64,000 bases of DNA from Halodesulfurarchaeum sp. (GCA_034520565.1 JAXHNL010000001.1:32001-96000), one strand, 5' to 3'. Shown: positions 38,559 to 48,619, counted from the first letter of the stretch. Translations and numbers: made by a program. The notes: generated from the letters alone by a model not told the origin.

Positions 38559-41441
38559 TCACCACGCGGGGGACTCCTCGCTCCGTTGGCCGTCCACGTC
38601 GCCGACGCCGGTTCCGCCGGGCGGCACCACGATGACGACCCCCGTCCGGGCGTCGAGACTGAGTTCCCGGTTGGTCCCGAGGCGTTCGGAATCGCCGTCA
38701 CCGTCCACATCCGCGGTGACCGTCCGCTCCTCCCTGACGTACTCGACGGTTCCGTTCGAAGAGGTTCCGGGGGCGACTCGGTAGGCCCGGACTGCAAACC
38801 GGTCGTAGGAGCCCTCGACTGCCACCGTCCAGGCGTTCGCCGTCGCGTACCACGACCCAGGGACGGGAAGGAGCGGCAGCCCGGCCGGCAATTTCGTGGC
38901 CGTCGCCCCCGTCGCCGCGTTCCACGCCTGCTTCCCGACTTCGGCCCCAGCGGCCTTGGTCGACTCCTCGACGAGCGACGAATCCGACGACGTCGACACC
39001 TTTCGGGCCCGTTCGACGAGCGACTCGGACACCTGAACCGAAGTTTCCGACTGGGCGTCGGTCCCGGCGACGCGGAGTGCCACTTCGAGGCGGTCGTGTT
39101 CCCGCTCCGAGAGGCTGTTCGGGAGCTCTGCAGCGATCGCCCGGGCCATTCGGCCGTCCGTGACCGCCAGGCCCCTGGCGGCGACGGAATCCCACCGCTC
39201 GACCGTCGACTCGACCAGTCGATGGGCCTCGCGAGTGCCCATCGATCCAGCGAGTGCCTCCACGTACTGGTCGGTGGCCGAATCGACCGCGTCGGCCACG
39301 TCCCGGCGAAGCGTACTCCGGGCTCGACGGTCGCCCGCTCCCGACGCGTCGACGGCAGCGAGTGTCTGGGCGGCGGTTCTGAGCGACACCGTCGCCTGAC
39401 TTCCCTCGCCGATCCGCTCGCTAACTGCATCGGCTGCATCACCGTAGGGAATCGTGAAGAGGTTCACGTTCCGCGCGGAAAGCCGGGGCTCGCTCTCGCC
39501 CGGCGGATCGACGGAGAGGTAGGCCGGTCCGCCGTCGACGGTTGCCACGTACGTGTCCGTGCTCGGAGTCGACCGTTCGGGGGGACTGCTTGGAACCATG
39601 TGTGAGGCGAGCTGGTCGGCGAAGGCGTTCTGCGCCTTCTGGACGACCGGCGTCTTGGATTCGAGGCGACGCTGGACCCGGTCGAGATAGGTCACCCGCG
39701 CGGCCGCGACCGCGCGATCCGCAGCGCTCCCGTACCGGGACGGTGTCCCGAGCAGTTCCGCCCGATCGTCCCCGATCGCCCCGGCCAGTTCCGCTGCCGG
39801 ATTGGTCGAACTCGCCACCGACCGGGTTTCGAGGGAGACGGAGATATCACGAACGTCCCGCCGCAGGTCGGCCGTCCGTCGCTGTGCCCTTCGCACCGCC
39901 GATTCGGGTGGCGAGATGTCCACCCGTCTCCAGCTCGTATCACCGCTCCCGGTGACGGCATCGATCGCGCGGTTTTCGAGCGCGGAGCCGGAGAGCAGTC
40001 GATTCGTCCCGGCGCTCACGATTCGATCGCGGGCGACCGGGCCGAACGGGCACCGCTTGTCGGGTCGATCAGGGGCGATCCCCGGATCTCGATACCGGCA
40101 GGTGAGATCCAGCCCCACCCGATAGGTCGTCCACTCGAATGTCTTGGTCGTCCCCCAGGTGCCGTTCCCCGCCCAGTAGTGGGTCCTCACGGTTTTCTCG
40201 ATCACCCGGCCCGTATACGTGCGGAGCGTCGATCCCGCGCCATCGGCGAACGAGCCATCGTCGAGCCACCGATCGGTGCGGGAGCTCGTGAAGATCCTCG
40301 AGGAGTTCTCCGGTGGCGAGCCAGAACTGTCCCGTTCAGTTTTCCGTGCGGTGGCCCGACCCTCGACCCGAACGTCCGCCCGATAGACCGCATCGACGGT
40401 CGCGTCGAGACCCCGACCGGACTGCCCCTCGACGAAATCGAGATACGCCGAATCCGCCGTGTGATTCGCGTCGACGGACTGTTCGGTGTCCACGACGCTC
40501 GGAAGGGGTACCTCGGGCGCAGCGTCGGGTTCGCCCGCCCCTTTCGGCTCCGACTGTGGCGCGCTCAAGTGCGATTTTACGGTTTCCTCGGCCCCGAGGA
40601 AGGCGTCTCGGGCAGCCACGTCCGCGGAGGCGATTCTGGTGGCCCGCCTCCCGGCCGGGTCCTCGGTCCCGAACACGGCCGCCTGCTGGGCGAGAACGGC
40701 GTCGTTGGTCATCACTTCGACGTGTCGATTGGCGAGGACGTTGGTAATCGGGGCACCACCGTACTGTGCGTACCCTCGCATCCAGACGATCGGAAAGAGC
40801 CGCGCCGTGAGATCGCGGGTGAGCCCGGGATCAGCGAGGCCGGCGTTGAGCCGCGACTCGAAGCGGTTGGTCCGCTCGTGCAATTCAAGCGAGGGAAGTT
40901 CGGTCGTAATCGTGGCGTTGTACCGGAACCGATCGATTGGACGCTCGTGCCGGGTCACCGTGACATGGAGTCCCTCGATTCGAACCCGGTATAACTCCCC
41001 ATTGACCTGGGTGATGGTGACGTTCTGCAGCGCCCGGTTCGCCGATTCCCGTTCGTGGATCGGGGGAAGTGACACCGAGGCTTTGAGGCTCTCCCGGCTC
41101 GCATTCGTGCCGTTCACTGCGCGACGGGCCGCCCCCGCGATCCGGAGTTCGAGGGCCCGTTCGAACGTTTTCGAGTTGGGCAAGACCGCCCCGAGCCCAC
41201 TCTCGCTCGGTTCGAGAACCGGTTCAGCTGCCGCCTTTCGATCCGCCTCGCGGATCGCAGCCTCGAGTGCCAGGCGGGTCTCGACCTGGGCGTCGGTGAC
41301 GACCTCGTCAGCAGCTGGCGCGGTCGCCGGCGGTGGGGCAAGCGAGATCGCGTACAGCGAACTCGAGAGCAGCAAAATCGCCCCGAGGAAGGCGAAGGGA
41401 ATTCGACCTCGTCGGTCGCTATCGAAGTTCACGGCGACCAC
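38559..41441 (-). CDS. Large exported protein (960 aa) with a class III-like signal peptide
   Basis: N-terminal DRRG|RIPFAFLGAILLL hydrophobic helix; C-terminal PAGLPLLPVPGSWYATANAW and a DVDGDGD loop. Confidence 0.75.
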   Translation of the reverse strand: MVAVNFDSDRRGRIPFAFLGAILLLSSSLYAISLAPPPATAPAADEVVTDAQVETRLALEAAIREADRKAAAEPVLEPSESGLGAVLPNSKTFERALELRIAGAARRAVNGTNASRESLKASVSLPPIHERESANRALQNVTITQVNGELYRVRIEGLHVTVTRHERPIDRFRYNATITTELPSLELHERTNRFESRLNAGLADPGLTRDLTARLFPIVWMRGYAQYGGAPITNVLANRHVEVMTNDAVLAQQAAVFGTEDPAGRRATRIASADVAARDAFLGAEETVKSHLSAPQSEPKGAGEPDAAPEVPLPSVVDTEQSVDANHTADSAYLDFVEGQSGRGLDATVDAVYRADVRVEGRATARKTERDSSGSPPENSSRIFTSSRTDRWLDDGSFADGAGSTLRTYTGRVIEKTVRTHYWAGNGTWGTTKTFEWTTYRVGLDLTCRYRDPGIAPDRPDKRCPFGPVARDRIVSAGTNRLLSGSALENRAIDAVTGSGDTSWRRVDISPPESAVRRAQRRTADLRRDVRDISVSLETRSVASSTNPAAELAGAIGDDRAELLGTPSRYGSAADRAVAAARVTYLDRVQRRLESKTPVVQKAQNAFADQLASHMVPSSPPERSTPSTDTYVATVDGGPAYLSVDPPGESEPRLSARNVNLFTIPYGDAADAVSERIGEGSQATVSLRTAAQTLAAVDASGAGDRRARSTLRRDVADAVDSATDQYVEALAGSMGTREAHRLVESTVERWDSVAARGLAVTDGRMARAIAAELPNSLSEREHDRLEVALRVAGTDAQSETSVQVSESLVERARKVSTSSDSSLVEESTKAAGAEVGKQAWNAATGATATKLPAGLPLLPVPGSWYATANAWTVAVEGSYDRFAVRAYRVAPGTSSNGTVEYVREERTVTADVDGDGDSERLGTNRELSLDARTGVVIVVPPGGTGVGDVDGQRSEESPAW

Positions 41442-41932
41442 CGCCGAAGCACCACAATCGGGTCACAGGCGTGCTGGCTCTCCCCATCTGAAGGTGGCTG
41501 GGGGACCTCGTAAACAGTCGCCCGAATGGGCCGATCGTTCGGTGGGCTTTGACCAGCAACGAGCGGTTCGACCGATTCCGTTCCCCGACAGACGCCGACG
41601 AGTTGGAGGTGAGCATTGTGAGTCTGGACGTGGTCGGTAATCGCTTTCCGAGTAGCGCGGCGGTAGGCTCGTTCGTGAACGGTGAGATCGCCCTGGCCGG
41701 CGACGGCAGCGTCGGCCAGCAATCCGCCGACGGTCTTCCTGACGGTCCAGTCGCCGGCGTCGGTGCCGAATTCGACAGTGACAGAACTGCCAAGAATCGT
41801 CGCACGTGCGTCGTTCGGCGGCGCGTCGACGGGGGCTGGGGCAGCCGTCACGACGACGCCGGCGGCGAGTCCCACCATGAGCAATCCGAGGACCACGTCG
41901 ATGGGCGTGCTGATCCCCCGGTCGGCGGTCAT
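41429..41932 (-). CDS. Pilin-like protein (class III signal peptide)
   Basis: MTADRG|ISTPIDVVLGLLMVGLAAGVV; overlaps its neighbours. Confidence 0.7.
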   Translation of the reverse strand: MTADRGISTPIDVVLGLLMVGLAAGVVVTAAPAPVDAPPNDARATILGSSVTVEFGTDAGDWTVRKTVGGLLADAAVAGQGDLTVHERAYRRATRKAITDHVQTHNAHLQLVGVCRGTESVEPLVAGQSPPNDRPIRATVYEVPQPPSDGESQHACDPIVVLRRWSP

Positions 41933-42300
41933 GCTTCCACCCGGAGGGTTCCGGGTACCTCGCCGGAGTCGGTCCGGACCAAGACGTGGCGGCGCCGCGA
42001 TTTCTCGGCCGTCTCCGGAGGGTTTCCCCTGACCCAGGTCCGGCCGTCGGCTCGCAGAATCACGGCCACTCCATCGGGGAGATCCGCCGCTCGGGTCTCC
42101 AAACGTTCCGGAACGACGACCGGTCCTTCCGAGAGCGTCCCGAAGGCCGCATCCATCGTCGCATCGCTCACCTCGGGACCGGTGTTGAGTGCAACGCCCT
42201 CGAGGGTGGCCCCGTACAGCGACAGGCCGATCGCGAAAACGGCGAGAGCCAACAGCGCCGGGAGCGGCTCGACCTGCCCCCTACGCGCCGACGAGAACAC
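41929..42300 (-). CDS. Pilin-like protein (class III signal peptide)
   Basis: MFSSARRG|QVEPLPALLALAVFAIGLSLY. Confidence 0.72.
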   Translation of the reverse strand: MFSSARRGQVEPLPALLALAVFAIGLSLYGATLEGVALNTGPEVSDATMDAAFGTLSEGPVVVPERLETRAADLPDGVAVILRADGRTWVRGNPPETAEKSRRRHVLVRTDSGEVPGTLRVEA

Positions 42301-42748
42301 CGCTCACCTCCCCGTAGTGGACCCATTTGATTCGCAACTGATCGCCGGCCTCCCGCCACTCGGGGGTGCGAGACCGGGTGCCCGATGCCGCCTTTCGAAA
42401 CGTCGCTGGACGCACGAAAACCGTCTCCGGGGGCTGTCCGTCGAGAACCAGTTCGAGCTTCGAGTCCGGTGGGACGGGGATGATTGTCCCATAGCGGATG
42501 TCCGCATGGGCGCTCCCGCCCGGCCCACGGAGTCCGATCCGGTCGGGACCGAGGCGAATCTCCTGGGCACGCAGTTCCAGCGTCGCTTCGCCACCGTGCT
42601 CGCTGACCGCCACCTCCTCGACGGCCGTCGCGGCCCGTTCTGCGTTCGGCGCGGCGGTCGGGACGCCAAGGACGACAGCCAGCATCGCGGCCGAGGCGAG
42701 GGTCAGGCCGACCCAGACCCACGTCGTCTCGGCGGGCAATCCGAACAT
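42281..42748 (-). CDS. Small membrane-anchored / pilin-like protein
   Basis: N-terminal hydrophobic helix WVWVGLTLASAAMLAVVL; lies within the operon. Confidence 0.68.
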   Translation of the reverse strand: MFGLPAETTWVWVGLTLASAAMLAVVLGVPTAAPNAERAATAVEEVAVSEHGGEATLELRAQEIRLGPDRIGLRGPGGSAHADIRYGTIIPVPPDSKLELVLDGQPPETVFVRPATFRKAASGTRSRTPEWREAGDQLRIKWVHYGEVSGVLVGA

Positions 42749-42774
42749 GGGAGGAGGTGGTCCGGTGTTCCTAC

Positions 42775-44292
42775 TTAAACGTACACCAGCGTCCGGGCGG
42801 CGATGAAACTGAGCGGATAGACGACCGCCCCGACAGCGAGGGCGATACCGCTCTGGTATCCCATCCGGACCGGATCGAATCCCCGCTCGAGGACCACTGA
42901 CAGCGACGGAAGCACCGCTCCGAGGAGCAGGACGTAGATGCCGATAACCTGCCCGAGCGCGGCGACGTCGAGTGCCTGATCGGTGCCGTCGACCGCCCCC
43001 ATCCCGGTCGCAAGGGCCACAGTCACACCGGCAATGGCCGGGGCGAACACGACGGCGGTCTGTCGGAGCGTGCTGGTGGTCTGTGCGAGTTCCCGTCGAG
43101 CGGCCCGCTCCACGTCGAGGAGTTCGCCGAGATACTCACCGACTGCGTGCAGCGTCTCGCCACCCGGAGCGCCGTACTCGCCGGCAGTCATCGCGAGGGA
43201 GAGCCCTGCCCGGACGCGCTGTCTCGGGACGTCCGTCAAGAGTCCGTTTTCGGCAAGAAATACCGTTGCCATGGGCTCGCCGGATCGAGCCTGTCGAGTG
43301 GTGGCCCGGCCGAACAGGTCGCCCAGCGGACCGTCGAACCGCTCAGCAACCGACCCGATCGCGGTTTCGACGGGCTCGCCCTCGCCGAGTCGCTGCCCGA
43401 CGATCGACAGCGCGTCGGGAAGGCGAGCTTCGAGCCGGTCGAGACGTTCGACCTCCTCGAGGACGGGCTGAAGCCCGACGAGAAGGACGGTCCCAAGTCC
43501 GATTCCGACGGCGACGATCGGAATCACCCAGGCGGGCGCAAAGAAGTGGGCTGCCATCCCGCCGAATGCCGCCGCGCCCGCCCCAGTGCTGAGCGCATAT
43601 GCCGGCGATCTCGCGTGCTCGAGGAGGCCGACATCGAAGGCGGTGTCCGTCACGGCGGGTCGGCGTCCCCACAGCCAGAGGCCACTCCCGGCCAGTCCAA
43701 CCGGAATGAGCAGGTCGTAGACGATCCCGAGGGCGAGCGTCGAAACGCCGCCGCCCGAGGAAGCGAGGACGGGAAGCAGCCCGACCAACGCGAGCGGAAG
43801 CATCACACCGAACGCGTAGATCCCCATCGCCGGCCCGCGGATCGCCGCCGAAAATTCGACCACTCGTTCCCGAGCCCCTTCGAGCACCGCTTCAAGGGCC
43901 GCTTCGAGGGTTTCCCGTTGGCGGTCCTTCGGGGCGTCCATGGCCACGCCCATGAGCGTGACCGACCGCTTGAGCGAGCGGTCGAACGGAGCCCACTCGG
44001 CGGCGAAATCCCGAACGGCCCGCTCCCCGGAGACCGTCGCGAGTCGATGCGCACGGAGCGAGCGACTCAATCGCCCGTCGACAGCGTGTATGGCGAAGTC
44101 TGCCGCCCGTTCCAGGGAGGGCGTAAGGGTGAGCTGGAGAATCGCGAAGGCCAGGAGGTCGGGACCGGCCCCAACGGCCCGGCGGCGGCGGAACTGCGCC
44201 AGCCACGCCGCCAGGCGAGGGCTCAACACCGAAAGCGACAGCTCGTCCCTGAGCCACTGGATTCCCGCCGATACCGATCGCGTCTCAAGCAT
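42775..44292 (-). CDS. pilC: Type IV pilus/T2SS membrane platform protein (PilC/TadB-C-like)
   Basis: Two T2SSF-like halves (FGVMLPLALVGLLP; EARLPDALSIVG..GEPVE), multiple TM helices, overlaps the ATPase stop. Confidence 0.8.
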   Translation of the reverse strand: MLETRSVSAGIQWLRDELSLSVLSPRLAAWLAQFRRRRAVGAGPDLLAFAILQLTLTPSLERAADFAIHAVDGRLSRSLRAHRLATVSGERAVRDFAAEWAPFDRSLKRSVTLMGVAMDAPKDRQRETLEAALEAVLEGARERVVEFSAAIRGPAMGIYAFGVMLPLALVGLLPVLASSGGGVSTLALGIVYDLLIPVGLAGSGLWLWGRRPAVTDTAFDVGLLEHARSPAYALSTGAGAAAFGGMAAHFFAPAWVIPIVAVGIGLGTVLLVGLQPVLEEVERLDRLEARLPDALSIVGQRLGEGEPVETAIGSVAERFDGPLGDLFGRATTRQARSGEPMATVFLAENGLLTDVPRQRVRAGLSLAMTAGEYGAPGGETLHAVGEYLGELLDVERAARRELAQTTSTLRQTAVVFAPAIAGVTVALATGMGAVDGTDQALDVAALGQVIGIYVLLLGAVLPSLSVVLERGFDPVRMGYQSGIALAVGAVVYPLSFIAARTLVYV

Positions 44293-46120
44293 CTGCGGCG
44301 GCCTCCCCGGGCGTTCGATCGCGCTGCAACGTCGTCGGTTCGAGTGACTCGGCCCGGGATTCGATCCGCGTCATCGTGTCAGCGTAGGTTTCTCCGGGCC
44401 GGGTGATCGAGGCCACGAATCGGCTGTTTCCCCGGGCAAGTCGGGGTGTCGGCTCGAGTCGAGTGCCGTCGTATTCGAACAGCGTGGCGCTTCCTCCGTC
44501 CGTGACCTCCTCGATCGTAACGACTCGCTTGCCGTCGGCCGTCGGGGCCAACGTGACGAGCAGGTCGGTGACTGCAAAGGAGGATTCGGGCACTCCGAGG
44601 TCGGCGACGACCCGTTCTTTCACCCCGTCGTAGCCCTCGCCGTGAATCGTCCCGATGACCGTGTCGCTGGCGGCGCCGACTCGCATCGCTTCGTACAGGA
44701 CCGACGCCTCCTCGCCGCGGACCTCCCCAATTGCAAGTGCTCCGTTCCCGAACCGGAGGGCCGTCCGAAGCGCCGTCGGCGGGTCGATCGCGCTCCCCGC
44801 GTCCGAAGCCGCTTCGAGGCGCTGAGCGTCCCGTCCAGCGTTCTGGAGTGCCCGAACGGGTAATTCAGGCGTGTCCTCGATTGCCAACAGCCGGGTTTCG
44901 GGATCGAGTTCCCAGAGCAACGCCGAGGTCATCGTCGTCTTGCCGGCCCCGCGTGGCCCGGCGACGAGCATCGCCGCCCCGCGGGCCATCCCGACCGAAA
45001 GCAGTCCGGCGGCGTGGGGGCCCAACGTGTCGTTTCCAACGAGTCGGGGCAGTCGCCAGCGGTCGGTTCCCTCGGCCCTAAGTGCGAACGCGTACCCGTC
45101 GCTTGCCGGTTCACGGACACCGGCCACCCGGATCGATTCGGCCTGGCCCACCCCGGAGAGTGACGCGTCGATCGTCGGCGCGGAGCGGGAGAACGCTCGT
45201 CCACTTTCCGTCCGCAGCCCGGCGGCAAGTCGGTCAGCCCCACGAGCGGTGAGCGTGACGTTGGTCGCGAGTTCTTCGCCGGGGAGTCGGACGAAAAGCG
45301 GGTTTTTCGTCGCCGGCGCGTTGACGAACACCTCCGAGACCTGCTCGTCGCTGAACAGGTCCTCGAAGACGCCGTAGCCTGCGGTGTGTTTCCGGAGCAC
45401 CTGCGTGAGGGTGTCGACCGGACAGTCCTGCCCCGCGACGGCCGAGACGGCCTCCCGGTGATCCGTCGGCGAGTCCGGGTCCGTACAGACGAGTTTCTCC
45501 CGTGCCGCCGCGAGTGTTTCAAGAGCGCCGTCATCGAGCGTGTACTCGAGGGGTTCGAGCTGGTAGACGGATCGGCCGTCGGGCCGGGCGTAGATGCGGA
45601 CGGTCGCGCCCGAACCGGTCACCCGGGAGGTACGAAGGATGCCGTCCGCGGGTGGCCGCGAGTCGAGGTAACTCGCGGTAATCGCCGGAATTCGCGCTGG
45701 ATCGAAGAGGGATCGGGAACCGCCAGTCTCCGATCCGAGTGCGGCGAATCCCGTGGTGTCGGCTACGTCTCCGACGAGCCCGGCTCGACCGCTGGCCTCC
45801 GCCGCGGCTGCCACCGGGTCCTCTCGAGCCAGGTCGACAAGGCGCTCGTCCCGGCCGGCGATTCGCGTGGCGAATTCGGCCGTGGCAACGAGGGCGGCGA
45901 CCGTTTCCTCGCGATAAACGCGGTCGACGCCGCCGGTGTGGACCCGAAGTTGGGAAACGGTCCCCGATTCGAGCGCCTCGAGGACCGTGCGCCGGCAGGC
46001 CGCACGCTCCGCGAGCCGCCCGTCAGCCGGACAGTCGGACGCGTCGACGAGGAGTGTCCCGTCGTCCACCGTCGGTTGGCACTGACATTCCGGCTCGGCC
46101 GCCGCGTTCTCCCCGAACAT
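44285..46120 (-). CDS. pilB: VirB11/PilB-family secretion ATPase with N-terminal Cys cluster
   Basis: Walker A GPRGAGKTT, Asp box IEDTPEL, Walker B IGEVRGEEA, GTIHG; N-terminal CQC..C..C; ATG at 46120. Confidence 0.88.
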   Translation of the reverse strand: MFGENAAAEPECQCQPTVDDGTLLVDASDCPADGRLAERAACRRTVLEALESGTVSQLRVHTGGVDRVYREETVAALVATAEFATRIAGRDERLVDLAREDPVAAAAEASGRAGLVGDVADTTGFAALGSETGGSRSLFDPARIPAITASYLDSRPPADGILRTSRVTGSGATVRIYARPDGRSVYQLEPLEYTLDDGALETLAAAREKLVCTDPDSPTDHREAVSAVAGQDCPVDTLTQVLRKHTAGYGVFEDLFSDEQVSEVFVNAPATKNPLFVRLPGEELATNVTLTARGADRLAAGLRTESGRAFSRSAPTIDASLSGVGQAESIRVAGVREPASDGYAFALRAEGTDRWRLPRLVGNDTLGPHAAGLLSVGMARGAAMLVAGPRGAGKTTMTSALLWELDPETRLLAIEDTPELPVRALQNAGRDAQRLEAASDAGSAIDPPTALRTALRFGNGALAIGEVRGEEASVLYEAMRVGAASDTVIGTIHGEGYDGVKERVVADLGVPESSFAVTDLLVTLAPTADGKRVVTIEEVTDGGSATLFEYDGTRLEPTPRLARGNSRFVASITRPGETYADTMTRIESRAESLEPTTLQRDRTPGEAAADA

Positions 46121-46142
46121 GAACGGGCATGGCCCGACGTCC

Positions 46143-46618
46143 CTATTTGAACCCTCGGGTGACTTCGATGACCGCCGTGCCACCCACACGTCGGTAAGTG
46201 AAGGTGAGTTCGATCGGCTCGGTGACTGCCATCGATCCGTCCCACTGAACGGTCCCGTCCGAGCCCAGCGGCCTGACAGTCGGAGAGAGGTAGGTCCGAT
46301 CGGCTGGTTCACCGGGGATCCGCACCGTGAGGACACTGCCGTTTCGCGGGTTCGAGTCGGGAACTGGGCCGATGGTCAAGCTGGCATCGTCCGGCTGTGT
46401 TGGCGGCTCCACGGTAATACGACGGGTGGCACCGGGAACACCCGGTGGGACCGGATCGCTGTGCCGCACGATGGCCGCGGTCGCGGTCTCGATCTCCTCG
46501 ACGGTCCTCGAGAGTTCCGAGATCGGCCTCGGGCCCGCCGGGCGGCATCGATCGCAGGCATCGAGGCGGCGACGAGTACGGCCGCGAGGACGACGGCGAG
46601 CAGCAGCCGGACGCTCAT
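46143..46618 (-). CDS. Small exported/pilin-like protein, frameshifted near 46520-46530
   Basis: MSVRLLLAVVLAAVLVAASMPAID in one frame continues as ELSRTVEEIE..PGATRRITV in another; ATG overlaps the upstream stop. Confidence 0.65.
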
Positions 46619-47079
46619 CGGAGGGCTTTGAGCCGGTCGAAAATCCCTGTCTCCGCCGGTTCGGTTTCGGTCGCTTCGGCCGACCCTGTCGAATGAGCCC
46701 GCTGTCCTGACACATCCTTGGAAGCCTCGCCACCGGGGGTTGCGGTCGCAATCGGCGGTGGCGTCTTCGGGGCGGATTCGAGGCGTTCGACGGCCGCGAT
46801 CGCCGCGTTCGCACGACGCTCGACGCTCTCGTTGACGTGTTCGACGTTTCCGACGTAGCCCCGAAGCGCCCGCAGCCCAGCCTCGAGTTCGGCGATTTCG
46901 GCTTCGAGCGTCTCGACTCGCTCCACGAGTTCGGCAGTATCGGCTCCGCCAGACTTGCCGGACCCGCCAGCCGATTCGGCTGCAGTCACTCGAGGGGGTT
47001 CCTCCCCGGAAGTCCCCCGCTCGTCCAGCCGGCGCTCGAGTGCCGACAGTCGGTCGTCGATGGTCCGTCGTTCGGGCAT
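46615..47079 (-). CDS. Coiled-coil protein, first gene of the pilus-like operon
   Basis: RLSALERRL, LEAEIAELEAGLRALRGYVGNVEHVNESVERRA; TTTAAG TATA-like box upstream on the minus strand (47106-47111). Confidence 0.72.
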   Translation of the reverse strand: MPERRTIDDRLSALERRLDERGTSGEEPPRVTAAESAGGSGKSGGADTAELVERVETLEAEIAELEAGLRALRGYVGNVEHVNESVERRANAAIAAVERLESAPKTPPPIATATPGGEASKDVSGQRAHSTGSAEATETEPAETGIFDRLKALR

Positions 47080-47137
47080 CCCGGCGAAGTGGGCCGGCCA
47101 TTGCCCTTAAACGTCGGGGAGAAGACCGAAGCGGTCG

Positions 47138-48484
47138 TTACGCGAGGCTTTCGCCGTCGAATTCCCCCGCATCGACGTCGATTTCGAGCAGATCCAGAAT
47201 CGTCGGGGTGATGTCGAGCAGGTCGGTTTCGGGCGGAATCGTGATCTCGGGGTCGTCGATCAGGAGCGTCGCTTCGTCAAAGGTGTGCATCCCGTTTCGC
47301 GGCCCGGTGCCGAAGACCTCCCCGTGGCCCGAGAAGCCCGACTTCAGGTCGAACCCGTCGTTCGGAATCGCGACCAGGTCCGGGCCGATGTCGTCGTGGG
47401 CCCCGGAAAACGCGTCCTCCTTGGGAACCACCCGGTCGATAACCGACCGGCCTTCGGGGCCGGTGAGCGATTCGAGAGCGTCCGTGAGTTCGGCTCGGAC
47501 CTGCTCGTACTCGGATTCGGGGACCGATCCGCGGGGTTCCCGACCTTCGAGGTTGACGTAGAAGCGTCCCGGGATGAACGAGTACGCCGTCGTTTCGCTG
47601 TCGATGTCCGCCAGGTCTTCCGGCTCGTCGGTGGCATAGGAGAGCCAGCCCTCCTGCTCCAGCCAGGCGTTCAAGTGAACTTCGTAATCCAGGGTGGTAA
47701 ACCCGTGATCGCTCGCGACGACCATCGTCGTGTCCTCGGGAAGACTGTCGCGGATCGAGCCGAGGGATTCGTCGACGGATTCGTAGAAGTCGAGGAACGC
47801 CTCCTGATATTCGCCGTCCCGCTCGTAGTGCTCGAAGAGGAAGTGGTTCACCCGGTCGGTCGTCATAAAGACGCCGAAGAAGAGGTCCCAGTCGTCCTCC
47901 GCGAGGTATTTCTCGAAGGCCGCCGTCCTCGCGTCGAGAGTCTCGTGGGCGTCCTCGATGAACGCCGTTTTGTCCTCTTCGTGCCCCAGTTTCGCGTTCA
48001 CGTCGATACGGTAGCCCATCGATTCGAGGTCCGCGGCAAACGACTCGGGCAGGGCGGCTTTCTCGACGGAGGGCGACAGGAACCCCGAAACCATTCTTGT
48101 TGGCTCCCGGTCCGGCGGAAACGTCACGGGGACGTTCATGACGGTCGCGTCCCGCCCGGCCTCGTCGACGCGAGCCCAGAGCCGCGTGGACTGCACGTCG
48201 TTCCCCATCGGGACGTAGGTGTCATAGGAACCGACCTCGCGGTCCTGAAAACCGTACACGCCAGTTTTCCCGGGGTTCGTTCCCGTCGTCAGCGCGGGCC
48301 AACAGGCGCTCGATTCCGGCGGCACGATACTCCGCATCGGACCGCCGGCACCTTCCTCGGCCAGCGCAGTGAGGTTCGGGAACCGCTCCGGATTGTCCGC
48401 GATGAGCGACCACGGGACACCATCGATACCCAGAAACGCCACGCGCGGACCGTCGTCCCCGCGTAACCGATCGAACAGACCCAT
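47138..48484 (-). CDS. Alkaline phosphatase superfamily nucleotide pyrophosphatase/phosphodiesterase
   Basis: GIDG, PPESSACW..TGTNPG, DRVNH, ASDHGF, GMH. Confidence 0.88.
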   Translation of the reverse strand: MGLFDRLRGDDGPRVAFLGIDGVPWSLIADNPERFPNLTALAEEGAGGPMRSIVPPESSACWPALTTGTNPGKTGVYGFQDREVGSYDTYVPMGNDVQSTRLWARVDEAGRDATVMNVPVTFPPDREPTRMVSGFLSPSVEKAALPESFAADLESMGYRIDVNAKLGHEEDKTAFIEDAHETLDARTAAFEKYLAEDDWDLFFGVFMTTDRVNHFLFEHYERDGEYQEAFLDFYESVDESLGSIRDSLPEDTTMVVASDHGFTTLDYEVHLNAWLEQEGWLSYATDEPEDLADIDSETTAYSFIPGRFYVNLEGREPRGSVPESEYEQVRAELTDALESLTGPEGRSVIDRVVPKEDAFSGAHDDIGPDLVAIPNDGFDLKSGFSGHGEVFGTGPRNGMHTFDEATLLIDDPEITIPPETDLLDITPTILDLLEIDVDAGEFDGESLA

Positions 48485-48619
48485 ATCAGGCTGCTTCTAT
48501 CGCTTTCATCCCCAAGAAGGTTCGTATCCGCGGGCGCGGGTACGGGGAGAGTTTTTGAGCGGGCAGCGACGGCTACCCGTTCGGGACGGATACCGGGAAA
48601 CTGCTGAAAAGCGATCCAG

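Noticed and set aside
38082-47079. Archaellum or conjugative element
   Set aside because: No archaellins, ArlH, VirB4, relaxase or integrase; GC content and style match the flanking core genes
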